Of a stretch of 64,000 nt of DNA, positions 1 through 9,701 are shown piece after piece; positions within the stretch are counted from its first letter, which is position 1; every line of letters begins with the position of its first letter. The notes under the pieces are model-generated. The model was not told the origin of the DNA and made no database searches. It was given only the letters and a program-made list of their open reading frames with translations. Position numbers and translations under genes: made by a program. The stretch comes from Longimicrobiales bacterium (GTDB lineage Bacteria; Gemmatimonadota; Gemmatimonadetes; Longimicrobiales; Gaopeijiaceae): contig CBDCNQ010000005.1 in assembly GCA_965219445.1 (NCBI GenBank), positions 160,001 to 224,000 of the forward strand. Direction: 5' to 3'.

Positions 1-185
1 ACGGCATTCTGGTGCAGGGTCCCGAACGGGCGGTTGCTTTGGCAGACGGTTTGCGTCGTGCGATGAGCTCACCTGAGTTGCGGAAACGTCTCGGAGCTCA
101 AGGCCCGGACTCCATGTCCATTTATTCTAGGCAGAGAATCTGCGACAAGTGGGAGGGACTGCTCGAGAAGTGGCGTCGAGCTTAG
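1..185 (+). CDS. C-terminal end of a GT4-family glycosyltransferase (partial, starts before the window)
   Basis: Manual translation from base 3: GILVQGPERAVALADGLRRAMSSPELRKRLGAQG...YSRQRICDKWEGLLEKWRRA*, a typical GT-B C-terminus. Confidence 0.65.
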   Translation, partial: GILVQGPERAVALADGLRRAMSSPELRKRLGAQGPDSMSIYSRQRICDKWEGLLEKWRRA

Positions 186-239
186 CCGCGAAGGCTCAGA
201 GTATGGTCTCAGCGTGGCGGACCTTCCACCGTCATCGCG

Positions 240-705
240 GATCCCGCCGACCCCGGGCAGAAGTTGGGAATGGGAACCTTTGATAAGTGAGGCCTGCCGC
301 CTCGACGATCTGGCGTAGATGAAGAAGACCGAGGCGTCGGCCAGGGCGATGAGGTTGGGGATCTCCTGGTAGGTCGTCGCCACGATGGAAATGGCCGACG
401 GATCGACCTCGGCGTCGAGGGCGGGCGAACGAGGGCAGGGTCGTCCCGGGTCACGATGAGGAATCGAGCGCCCTGATCCTCACGCCGAATGACGGCGAAG
501 AACTGCATCATCTCCCTCAGCATGTACCGCGTCCCGAGAGAGCCCACGTAAGTGAGTACGAACGTGTCGCTATCGAGCCCCAACCCCTGGCGATACCGCG
601 ACACGACCTCTCGGTCGACGGCCTGACCCGGGAATTCCGGCCTCATCGAGGCTTCGGCCCCGGATGGAAAACCGGGCCGAGCCCGATGCTTCCAGGTCCA
701 CCCGC
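240..705 (-). pseudogene. GT4 glycosyltransferase fragment, frameshifted and 5'-truncated
   Basis: FVLTYVGSLGTRYMLREMMQFF in ORF 209..646 continues as YQEIPNLIALADASVFFI in another frame (ORF 69..383); boundaries approximate. Confidence 0.6.
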
Positions 706-722
706 GCGTGTTCGGCTAACGA

Positions 723-784
723 ACTCTAGCGGAACCTGGGAGCCGGCCGCGGTTCGCGCAACGACTCCGGGGCGGTACCAGCAC
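723..784. repeat. 62-bp imperfect palindromic intergenic repeat, copy 1
   Basis: 55/62 identical to 2952..3013 by manual alignment; internal stem ggagccg...cgactcc. Confidence 0.85.
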
Positions 785-913
785 CGGGGGCCCGCGTGAC
801 CCCAACTTGCTCGCCCGATGGTCCTGACCTACGGTTGGCGTGCCGAACTAGGCGGGCAGGATCCCAAGTCCTGGCTCGACCGTACGACCACCGCTCGCCA
901 CCAGGCGGCATCC

Positions 914-1921
914 ATGACGCACGACCCGACCTCTGAGGTCCCCATCATCGATGTGGCCCCCCTCGTGACCGACGCCGGTGACCAGGAGGCGGTGGCGGCC
1001 GCCATCGGGCGGGCCTGTAGAGAATGCGGCTTCTTCTATGTGATCGGCCACGGCGTCAGCGAAGACCTGGACCGGCGGCTCGAGGAGCTCAGCCATAGAT
1101 TCTTCGCACAGGACGTTGGGACGAAGCTCGAGATCCGGATGGCCCTCGCGGGCAAGGCATGGAGAGGCTACTTCCCGGTGGGCGGCGAGCTCACCTCGGG
1201 AAAACCCGACGTCAAGGAGGGACTCTACTTCGGGTTGGAGCTGAGTGAGGACGATCCTCGTGTGCGGGCGGGCCTCCCCTTACACGGGTCGAACCTGTTT
1301 CCCGCGGGGATTCCGGGCTTCGGCGACACGATCCTGCAGTACATGGCGGCGTTGACGGATCTGGGCCATGCGCTCATGAGGGGCCTGGCCCTGAGCTTGG
1401 GCCTGGAGCCGGGCTATTTTCGGGAGCGGCTTATGGCGGACCCGCTCACACTGTTTCGCATCTTCCACTACCCGCCGGTCACACCGAAACCTGAGGCAGA
1501 TGAGTGGGGCGTCGGTGAGCACACCGATTATGGGGTGCTCACGATCCTGAAGCAGGACGACGTGGGCGGGCTCCAGGTCAGGACACGGTCACGGTGGATC
1601 GACGCTCCTCCTCTGCCCAACTCGTTCGTGTGCAACATCGGCGACATGCTCGACCGACTGACCCGCGGGCTCTACCGGTCCACGCCACACCGGGTACGAA
1701 ACGTATCTGGGCGAAGCCGGCTTTCGTTCCCATTCTTCTTCGACCCTGGTTTCGACGCGCGCGTCGAGGCCATCGATCTGAGTGGCGTGCGCCTTCCGGA
1801 GGACGACAAGCGGGGGCGCTGGGACCATGCCAGCGTGCACGAGTTCGAGGGCACCTACGGGGACTACATCCTGGGCAAGGTCTCGAAAGTCTTTCCCGAG
1901 CTCCGGCGGAGTGTGTTGTAG
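914..1921 (+). CDS. 2-oxoglutarate/Fe(II)-dependent oxygenase (isopenicillin N synthase-like)
   Basis: VPIIDV...GFFYVIGHGV N-terminus, HTD...H facial triad (EHTDYG, STPHRV), RxS motif (RLSFPFF). Confidence 0.92.
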   Translation: MTHDPTSEVPIIDVAPLVTDAGDQEAVAAAIGRACRECGFFYVIGHGVSEDLDRRLEELSHRFFAQDVGTKLEIRMALAGKAWRGYFPVGGELTSGKPDVKEGLYFGLELSEDDPRVRAGLPLHGSNLFPAGIPGFGDTILQYMAALTDLGHALMRGLALSLGLEPGYFRERLMADPLTLFRIFHYPPVTPKPEADEWGVGEHTDYGVLTILKQDDVGGLQVRTRSRWIDAPPLPNSFVCNIGDMLDRLTRGLYRSTPHRVRNVSGRSRLSFPFFFDPGFDARVEAIDLSGVRLPEDDKRGRWDHASVHEFEGTYGDYILGKVSKVFPELRRSVL

Positions 1922-1930
1922 ACGTTCCCC

Positions 1931-2884
1931 TCAGAACCCCCTGACCAGCTCCCGCATCCGGCGCTTCGTAGCCTCGTCCGGAAGACGTCCGAACCCCGCA
2001 AGGATGTTCTCCTCCATGTGCTCGGGATTCGTGGTCTCCGCCAGAACACAGGTGACGGCCGGATTTGCGATCACATACTTGAGCGAGAACTGCGCCCAGG
2101 TCTCGCAGTCGAATTCCGCGGCCCAGGCAGGGAGCTCCTTGCCCGCGACCATCCCGAAGAATGAGCCGTTCATGAACGGCCGATTGATCAGGACTCCCAT
2201 GCCGAGGTCTCGCGCGAGGGGCAAGAGGCGCTCCTCGGCCCCACTTTCCATGGGCGAGTAATTCACGTGCACGAAATCAGGCGAGTTCGCCCTCATGAAT
2301 GCCTCCAGCGGCCCGTGATTGCTGTTGGCGGAGACCGTCACGCCGATGTAGCGCGCCTCCCCCGAGTCCTTCCACGTCCTGAGGTTGGGCCAATGCACGT
2401 CCACGCCACGCAGACTCTCGACTTGGAGCAGATCCACGGTTCGGCGCCCGAAGAGCCGTTGGGTTTGGCGCCACTGATCGATGCCGTCCTGTTCACCATT
2501 GGTGGTGTTGATCTTGGCCGTGAGAAAGAGCCGGTCCCTCAACTCGGGATGCTGAAGCACGCGACCGAACTCGCGATCGATATCCTCCGTCCGAGGCGAC
2601 GTATCGACCACGCGGCCCCCATATTCGAGCAGGGTCCGGATAACGCTCGAGATGGGCTCCGTTCCCTCGGTCGGGCTCTCGAGCACGGACTTCGAGGATC
2701 CGAATCCGACCACGGGAAGGGCCTCTGCTGTACCCGGGATCGTTCTGGTTCGGAGACGCTCTTGAGCGAGGACGCGACCGGGGCCTGAGAGCAGCGTGCC
2801 CAACCCCAGCGCTTGAACCAAGAATTCGCGTCGATTCGACGTCGAGCGGCTCGGCTCAGGTGTTGGATCGAAAGTTGAGTTCAT
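1931..2884 (-). CDS. Aldo/keto reductase with twin-arginine signal peptide
   Basis: NRREFL Tat motif; LPVVGFG, VDTSP, LTAK, RYIGVT, QFSLKYV AKR-like motifs. Confidence 0.85.
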   Translation of the reverse strand: MNSTFDPTPEPSRSTSNRREFLVQALGLGTLLSGPGRVLAQERLRTRTIPGTAEALPVVGFGSSKSVLESPTEGTEPISSVIRTLLEYGGRVVDTSPRTEDIDREFGRVLQHPELRDRLFLTAKINTTNGEQDGIDQWRQTQRLFGRRTVDLLQVESLRGVDVHWPNLRTWKDSGEARYIGVTVSANSNHGPLEAFMRANSPDFVHVNYSPMESGAEERLLPLARDLGMGVLINRPFMNGSFFGMVAGKELPAWAAEFDCETWAQFSLKYVIANPAVTCVLAETTNPEHMEENILAGFGRLPDEATKRRMRELVRGF

Positions 2885-2951
2885 GACGAATCTCCACTTG
2901 TCAGGGCACCGCTTCGGTCCCCTCGGTTCTTAGCCGAACCTCTGACTCGGG

Positions 2952-3013
2952 ACTCCAGCGGAACCTGGGAGCCCGCCGCGCTTCGCGCAACGACTCCGAA
3001 GCCGTACCAGTAC
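2952..3013. repeat. 62-bp imperfect palindromic intergenic repeat, copy 2
   Basis: Direct repeat of 723..784. Confidence 0.85.
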
Positions 3014-3028
3014 GGCGCCCGAGCACCC

Positions 3029-4231
3029 CTATCGACTGCCTTTGGCTTCACGCACGATCCCGTTGGCCGTCAGCCCGGCGACTTGGTCATCCTCGTAACC
3101 CAACTCCGAAAGGATCTCTCGTGTATGCTCACCAGCCCGGGGCGGTATCCGGGTAGTCACCGGGCGATCACCATCCCAGCGGACCGGTAATGCAGTGTCC
3201 CGGTAGTCGGGTATTTCGGGGTGGTCCACGTGAGGGAGCATGCCGGAGGCCTCGACCTGTGCATCCTTTACGACGTCGGCCATGTCTTGAATGGGGGAGC
3301 ACGGGACGGAGTGGTCCCCTAAAAGCTTCCACAGGTCTCCGGTCGTGTGTGTGCGGGTTGCTTCGGCGAGGAGATCGAAAAGCTCGTCCCGGTGCACGAC
3401 CCTTGCCGGATTGGATGTAAACCGGGGGTCCATCGGCAGCTCCAGCAGCCCCAGCCCTTCGCAAAGCCGCTGAAACGTCGCGTCGTTCCCGGCGGCGATC
3501 ACCAGTGCTCCATCCGAGGTCGGAAAGGCCCGGTAGGGAGAGATCATCGGGAAACCCGAACCCATGGGTTCCGGCACTTCCCCCGTGGCGATATGGGTCG
3601 TGAGGTGGTAGGACACCCACCCGAGAGCCGTGTCGAGCAATGACGTGGTCACATGGGACCCCTCCCCGGTAACAGTTCGCTTGTGCAATGCGGACAGTAC
3701 TCCAATGGCCCCTCACATCCCCGTACCGAAATCCACCACCGAGGCCCCCACCCGCGCAGGGGCGTCCGCATGGTGTCCGGTGACCGACATGAGGCCGCTA
3801 TACGCCTGCATGAGCGGGTCGTATCCCGGCTGATCCTTGAGCGGACCCGTGGGGCCGTAAGCCATGACCGAAACGTAGATGACATCAGGACGGCGTTTAC
3901 GCACGGCCTCGTAGTCGAAGCCGAGCCGTTCGATGACGCCCGATCGGGACGCTTGCACAAAGACGTCCGCCTCTCCGATCAATCTCCAGAGGATGTCCTT
4001 TCCTTCCTCCGACTTGAGATCGATCTGAATGCTTCGTTTGCCTCGGTTCACCGACAGGAAGAGGGGACTGTGTCCACCCCAGAGCGGGGGCTTCCAGGCG
4101 CGTGCGGAATCCCCTGTCGGTGGCTCCACCTTGGTTACGTCCGCCCCGAGGTCGGCCAGGATCTGGGTGCAATAAGGGCCGGCAAGGTTCTGGCTTACGT
4201 CCACAACGCGTAGGCCCTTCAAGTGATCCAT
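3029..4231 (-). pseudogene. CaiB/BaiF (family III) CoA-transferase interrupted by one in-frame TGA at 3713..3715
   Basis: LKGLRVVD, AGPYCTQILADLGADVTKVEPP, NRGKRS, GYDPLMQA; ORFs 3713..4378 and 3029..3688 are in the same frame: FGTGM*GAIGVLSAL. Confidence 0.85.
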
Positions 4232-5373
4232 TACGTCCCCCCCAACTCCTTGGCTGGAAGGCTGGCCGATCCTGCCGTTTTGCGATTCCTTCGTCGGAAC
4301 GGCGGGATACCACCCTCGGCGAGCCACTTCGCGGGCGTCGCAGTTCGCTTCAGCTCCTTGGGGCGAAGCTCGAACCACCGAGCCACGAGCAGGATCTCGG
4401 CGGCCTCGTGGGGCTCCAACGCGGCAGGGCCCTGTTCGGGCGCTCGGTAGACGGACTCGACCGCTTTGTCGATCTCCCGCCGCTCGCTTTCGCTCGTGGG
4501 GTATGGGAACTCCTGACGAAGGCGTCCTCTGCGGATGAGGTAGAGGCGGCTATCACCGGCGAATCCGGGCACACGGTAGAGAAACGTGAGACTTTCGATG
4601 CGTCCCCGGAATGCCGCGAGATGCTCCTGGAAATTCTCGAGGCGCTCGATCCGGTCCCGAAGCTGTGCCGCATACTCGAAGTCGAGGCGGGCCACGGCGC
4701 TTTGCATGCGGTTCTCGAGTGCGGCGAGTGGTGCGCGAGTGCGACCCTCCAGAAACCGCCTCGCTGTCGCCACTTTTTTCTGGTAAGCCTCCCCGCTCAC
4801 TCCCCCGGAGCATGGTGCCAAGCAGGTGCCCAACTCGGCTCTCATGCAGAGGGGCGTCCGTCCCTCACCGAAAATTTCTAGCTGATCGTCGAAAAACATG
4901 GGCGTGGACCCCGGGCAATCCCTGAGGCCCACGACATGAGCCAACTCCCGGACCGTGGCGCCTACCTTACCCACCGCCGGAAAGGGTCCGAAGTAGAGGG
5001 AGCCGTCGGGAACGGCGCGTGTGACGGGCAGGATGCGTGGTGCGATTTCCCGCGTGAGTTTCACGAAGGCATACATCCGCTTCCGCCTGTGCTGCACGTC
5101 GAAGCGGGGCTGACAACGTTGAATGAGCTTCATCTCACGGACCAAAGTCGAAAACTCGTTCGGGATGTATTCCCACTGGATTCGGCCGGTTTCACGGATC
5201 AGCTTGGTCGCCTTCTCTCCTGGCGGAGCCCGGAAATAGGAGAGGAGGCGAGTACGCACCCGGATCGACTTTCCCACGTACAGAGGGTCTCCGTCGGCGC
5301 CCAGCATCTGATAGACGCCCGGACGGTTTTCAGCATGAGTCCGTACGTATTCGCGGAGGGCAGACGTGGACAC
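4231..5373 (-). CDS. UvrC/Cho-like GIY-YIG endonuclease with UvrB/C domain
   Basis: PGVY...LYVGKS..RL.SYF GIY-YIG; FGPF; Cys cluster; LDFEYAAQLRDRI UVR motif; lacks the UvrC C-terminal half. Confidence 0.85.
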   Translation of the reverse strand: MSTSALREYVRTHAENRPGVYQMLGADGDPLYVGKSIRVRTRLLSYFRAPPGEKATKLIRETGRIQWEYIPNEFSTLVREMKLIQRCQPRFDVQHRRKRMYAFVKLTREIAPRILPVTRAVPDGSLYFGPFPAVGKVGATVRELAHVVGLRDCPGSTPMFFDDQLEIFGEGRTPLCMRAELGTCLAPCSGGVSGEAYQKKVATARRFLEGRTRAPLAALENRMQSAVARLDFEYAAQLRDRIERLENFQEHLAAFRGRIESLTFLYRVPGFAGDSRLYLIRRGRLRQEFPYPTSESERREIDKAVESVYRAPEQGPAALEPHEAAEILLVARWFELRPKELKRTATPAKWLAEGGIPPFRRRNRKTAGSASLPAKELGGT

Positions 5374-5506
5374 GGGCGCTTGAAAGATCTATGTGGGGGT
5401 GGCGTGAGGCCGTCTATTCGACTTTCGTTTTTCGTTCGGTAAGTATAGAGCGTGCCGGCGCAAAGGGCCATTGCCTCGGCCAGGCGGCATCCGCTAACGT
5501 CCGCCC

Positions 5507-6799
5507 ATGTCGCCCTACAGTGAGGAGCGGGTCATCCGTGATCCGCTTTGGAACACCATTCGGCTCGACCCTACGGCGGTTCGGATCATCGATACTGCGG
5601 CGTTCCAGCGGCAGCGCTACATTAAGCAGCTCGGATTCGCGCACCTTGTCTATCCCGGTGCGACCCACACCCGATTCGACCACGCTGTCGGTGTGTATCA
5701 CCTGACAGTGACTGCACTCCGTCACCTCAGGGAGTGTGGCGGAATCCGGGAAGAGCTATGGGAAGAGGCTCTGCTCGTTCCGTATGCGGCCCTTCTCCAT
5801 GACATCGGGCACTACGCCTTCTCGCACAGTCTCGAGGAGCTCGGGTCCGATATGCTCCCCGGTGACCACGAAGCGGTGAGCGCCCGCTTCTTTTCCTCGC
5901 CAGAGCTGCAGGAAGCTCTTTCGACGTTGGGCGAGCATGCAGGGCAAAAGATCCACGCGCTGATCCAGGGCCGCAGTGATAACCCCTTCGAGGGGCTGGT
6001 GGCCGGAAGCCTCGACCTGGACAAGATGGAATACCTGCGGCGCGATGCGCGGTTCTGCGGAGTTCCCTATGGGGAGGTGGACGTGGATCGCCTGCTCCAG
6101 GGGTTGGCCATCCTTACGGATCCCGAGACAGGCGCGTCCGAAGTGGGCGTGTACGAAAAGGCCGTCAGTGCCCTCGAGTCGCTTCTCTTTGCAAAGTACC
6201 AGATGTTCAGGAACGTGTACTGGCACCACGGGGTCCGTGCCGCTGCAGCTCTTTACAAGCGGATTATCAACGAGGCTGTGGGGGCGGAGATCCTCGACGC
6301 GGAAGAGCTCGTCGGCCCCACCGATGAAGAGTTGCTTTACGAGACGTCACGGCGGGCCCAGGCATCGGATACGGAGGTTGGAGAGCGGCTGGCCACCAGA
6401 TGGCTTCCCGCGCTCAGAGCCCGGAGGCTTCCGAAGCGTGCGCTGGAGGTGACAGCGGCGGAGTTGGGAGACCGGGTCGTGGAGGACTGGGCGCTCTCTG
6501 AGACTTCCTTGAAGCGGGGCGTCGAGGACAGTCTGGCCCATGAAGTCGGCCTCGAGCCGGGCGAGGTGTTTATCGACTTCCCGGCTAAACGTGCCATGTT
6601 CGAGCTAAACCTGTTGGTGGAGCGGCGAACGGGCCAGGTAGAGCGCCTGGGTCCCGGCGGCCTCACGGGACTCATCGACCTTCCGCGCCTGGCCGAGGGG
6701 CTTTACACGACGACAAGGGTTCTGCGGGTCTTCACCTTCGAGCGGCGGACGCTAGATCGGGATCGCGTGTTGGAGCGGATCACGCGGCCGGCGGGGTGA
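5507..6799 (+). CDS. HD-domain phosphohydrolase (dNTP triphosphohydrolase-like)
   Basis: IRDPLW, FQRQRYIKQLG, YPGATHTRFDH, LLHDIGH..FSH, DLDKMEYLRRD, VYWHH. Confidence 0.9.
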   Translation: MSPYSEERVIRDPLWNTIRLDPTAVRIIDTAAFQRQRYIKQLGFAHLVYPGATHTRFDHAVGVYHLTVTALRHLRECGGIREELWEEALLVPYAALLHDIGHYAFSHSLEELGSDMLPGDHEAVSARFFSSPELQEALSTLGEHAGQKIHALIQGRSDNPFEGLVAGSLDLDKMEYLRRDARFCGVPYGEVDVDRLLQGLAILTDPETGASEVGVYEKAVSALESLLFAKYQMFRNVYWHHGVRAAAALYKRIINEAVGAEILDAEELVGPTDEELLYETSRRAQASDTEVGERLATRWLPALRARRLPKRALEVTAAELGDRVVEDWALSETSLKRGVEDSLAHEVGLEPGEVFIDFPAKRAMFELNLLVERRTGQVERLGPGGLTGLIDLPRLAEGLYTTTRVLRVFTFERRTLDRDRVLERITRPAG

Positions 6800-6812
6800 C
6801 CTGCCTTCTGCC

Positions 6813-7133
6813 TCACCCGCCTGCGATGGCACCGACCACGCGCAGCGCGTCGGTCCCGGAACTCACGGCATCGGGGAGCCGAACGTCCGGCGAGTCGTGC
6901 GAGAGGTCGCGGCCACAAGCGAAGAAGCGGATGAACGCGCGTCGTCGATCCGTTCCGTGATCGCGGATCGTGCCCCGTAGCATCGGGTAGCGGGACTCCA
7001 GAGCGTCCAGCACCGTGGTGACCGTCGGCGGGTCTGCGACTTCGATCTCCAACTCGCCCTCGACCTTTGCAAGCGTCCGCAGATGCGCCGACAGGGCGAC
7101 CCTGACCGTCGTCACGGGATCGTCGGGAGTCAC
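6813..7133 (-). CDS. MoaD/ThiS-family ubiquitin-like protein
   Basis: About 100 aa, [15 protein letters not shown]-terminal AIAGG; start GTG at 7133 (overlapping the upstream TGA) or 7115. Confidence 0.85.
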   Translation of the reverse strand: MTPDDPVTTVRVALSAHLRTLAKVEGELEIEVADPPTVTTVLDALESRYPMLRGTIRDHGTDRRRAFIRFFACGRDLSHDSPDVRLPDAVSSGTDALRVVGAIAGG

Positions 7134-8248
7134 GGGATCGTCTGGACCTCCACCGACGACACTCTGGGCAGGTGCTCCGCGATAGCCTCCCAGGTGTCGC
7201 CGGCGTCCGCGGACGCGTAAACCTGTCCCCCGGTCGTGCCGAAGTAGATGCCGCACGAGTCGAGCGAATCCACCGCCATGGCGTCGCGCAGGACGTCCAC
7301 GTAGCAGTCCCGTTGCGGCAGGCCCTTGGTGAGCGCCTCCCACTCGTTGCCCCCCGAGCGACTTCGGAACACGCGCAGCTTTCCCTCCGGTGGATAGTGC
7401 TCGGTGTCGCTGAGGATCGGGACCACGAAGATCGTGTCGGGCTCGTGAGTGTGAACGGCGATCGGAAAACCGAAGTCGGACGGCAGGTTGCCGCTCACCT
7501 CAGTCCATGATTCCCCAGCGTCGTCGGTACGACAGACGTCCCAGTGCTTCTGCATGAAAACGGTGTCGGGACGAGACGGGTGCATGGCGAGCTTGTGGAC
7601 GCAGTGGCCGATCGGGGCCTCCGGCTCGGGAAGGAAGGATGGCGAACTCAGTCCTCTCGTTGCCACGTCCCACGACGCTCCGGCGTCATCGCTACGGAAG
7701 GCTCCGGCTGCCGATATCGCCACGTACATCCGCTGGTCGTTCGCGGGGTCGATGAGGATCGTATGGAGACACATGCCGCCGGCCCCGGGCATCCAATCCT
7801 GCCCCGTCGAATGCGTTCTCAAGCCCGCGAGTTCGGTCCACGTTTGGCCGCCGTCACTCGAGCGGAAAAGCGCGGCATCCTCGACGCCTGCGTAAACCGT
7901 GTCCGGATCGAAAGGCGAGGGCGCCAAGTGCCAGACCCGCTTGAACTCCCACGGGTGCGGAGTGCCATCGTACCACTGGTGTGTGCCGGTGACACCCTCG
8001 TAGGCGAACTCGTTGCCAACGGCCTCCCATGACTTTCCACCGTCGTCGGATCGCTGTAGTACCTGACCGTGCCAGTCCGTCCACTGGGAGGCGTAGAGTC
8101 GATCGGCGTCGGCGGGCGACCCCTGAACGTGCATGACCTCCCATCCCCCGAAGTGCGGGCCCTCGATCTTCCAGTCACGACGAGCCCCATCGGAAGTAAT
8201 CACGAATGCGCCCTTTCGTGTCCCCACCAGGACCCGAATCTCGGCCAT
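7130..8248 (-). CDS. BNR/Asp-box beta-propeller protein (sialidase-like fold), no signal peptide
   Basis: [10 protein letters not shown] start; repeated SxDGGxxW Asp-boxes. Confidence 0.85.
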   Translation of the reverse strand: MAEIRVLVGTRKGAFVITSDGARRDWKIEGPHFGGWEVMHVQGSPADADRLYASQWTDWHGQVLQRSDDGGKSWEAVGNEFAYEGVTGTHQWYDGTPHPWEFKRVWHLAPSPFDPDTVYAGVEDAALFRSSDGGQTWTELAGLRTHSTGQDWMPGAGGMCLHTILIDPANDQRMYVAISAAGAFRSDDAGASWDVATRGLSSPSFLPEPEAPIGHCVHKLAMHPSRPDTVFMQKHWDVCRTDDAGESWTEVSGNLPSDFGFPIAVHTHEPDTIFVVPILSDTEHYPPEGKLRVFRSRSGGNEWEALTKGLPQRDCYVDVLRDAMAVDSLDSCGIYFGTTGGQVYASADAGDTWEAIAEHLPRVSSVEVQTIP

Positions 8249-8510
8249 TCCACCTCCCCAGGTGAGCCTCCGCAAGACCATCATGCCAGGGCTTAACATA
8301 GGGCCGTCCTGGAGAGCGGGACACCGCGAAAAGATAGGCGGACCAAGAGCCCTTTCACCTCGTTGCTAGACGAACCCGCGAAGCTTACTGTCCCGGACCG
8401 GCGGGTTTCGGGATGGCCTGTAAGGAGCATCCTGCTGAGCAACAGAGGGGAGGCGTGTAGTCCGACCACGTCCGTCCGTGTACCCACAAACGAATAGGAG
8501 CCCGAACGCC

Positions 8511-9647
8511 ATGAATAGGACAATCACCTCGGTCGGCATCTGTGTGATGCTGGCAATGGGCGCCTCGGTGGTACAAGCGCAGGTGGGCGCGGATTTCGAT
8601 CCCGCCGACTGGCAGTACGGGCCGCGAGGCGTCGCCCAAGGAGAGGTCCCGATCTGGAACCCCGTGATGCAGAAGATCAAGAACGGTGAGCCGGTCATCG
8701 GAGGCACGATCCGCGCTACGGATCCCCGGACCTACTGTGCCACGGCAGCGGCCGGTTACGACTTCACGTGGATCGAGATGCAGCATGAGGCGATGACCTG
8801 GGAACAGGTGTCTCGCATGTGGCTCGCTTGCCCGCGGCCGGGGGTGCCCGGCGTCCGCATCCCCCATGAGAGCGAAGAAAACATCCAGAAGCCGGCGGAC
8901 AGTGGGGCCCTCGTCATCGTGGTGCCGACCGTCGACTCGGTGGAGGAGGCGGAGCGCGCGGTCGCGTGGACCTACTTCCCACCGATGGGACGGCGTAGCG
9001 CCGGCGGAGGCCAGGGCTTCAGCAGCACCATGTGGGGCGAAGTTCCTGGAGGCTACCGCGAAACCTGGAACGAGAACGTCGTTCTGATCCTCATGATCGA
9101 GACGTTGGAAGGCGTCCAGAACGCCCGGGAGATCGCAAAGATCCCCGGAGTGGACGGCCTCTTCGCCGCATCCGGTGACCTGGGTAATTTCTCCGGCTAC
9201 CGTCAGGGTGATGCCCAATACGAAATGCTGATCAGTGAGGTCGTGGAAGCGGCTCAAGAAGCGGGTAAGATCGCATGCGGCCCGCTCCGCTGGATGGGGG
9301 ACCGCCCCGACTTCATGTGCTTCCAGGGAGGCACCGAGGGGGCCAACATCCGCCGCGGTGCCCAGGCGGAGATTCAGGCGGCGAACCAGCGGATGGCGGA
9401 AGCGCCCGACCGTCCGAGGATCGCGGGCGTCTTAGCCAACCTCACCGCCGACTGCGGCGAGATCGTCTACGAGGACGACTGTCTCAGTGCGGTCCGAGAA
9501 GCGGCAGGCGTGGCAGAGGACCTGTCGGCACCGGAGCGGCAAGGGGTCCGAACGAGGCTCATGGAGATCATGGCCGCCAACCCGAGCCAGGCGGCGCGCA
9601 TCCGTGAGGTTTCGGCTGGAGCGGGGCTCGCTCTCGACGGTCGGTAA
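8511..9647 (+). CDS. HpcH/HpaI aldolase-family protein with signal peptide
   Basis: GYDFTWIEMQH, FPPMGRRS, MIETLEGVQNAREIA, GDL; N-terminal hydrophobic stretch ending VQA-Q. Confidence 0.8.
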   Translation: MNRTITSVGICVMLAMGASVVQAQVGADFDPADWQYGPRGVAQGEVPIWNPVMQKIKNGEPVIGGTIRATDPRTYCATAAAGYDFTWIEMQHEAMTWEQVSRMWLACPRPGVPGVRIPHESEENIQKPADSGALVIVVPTVDSVEEAERAVAWTYFPPMGRRSAGGGQGFSSTMWGEVPGGYRETWNENVVLILMIETLEGVQNAREIAKIPGVDGLFAASGDLGNFSGYRQGDAQYEMLISEVVEAAQEAGKIACGPLRWMGDRPDFMCFQGGTEGANIRRGAQAEIQAANQRMAEAPDRPRIAGVLANLTADCGEIVYEDDCLSAVREAAGVAEDLSAPERQGVRTRLMEIMAANPSQAARIREVSAGAGLALDGR

Positions 9648-9701
9648 CAGGCCTGTGGGGTGCCCTGGAATGTTGATCGAAAAAAGGGGGGTCAACCGCC
9701 T

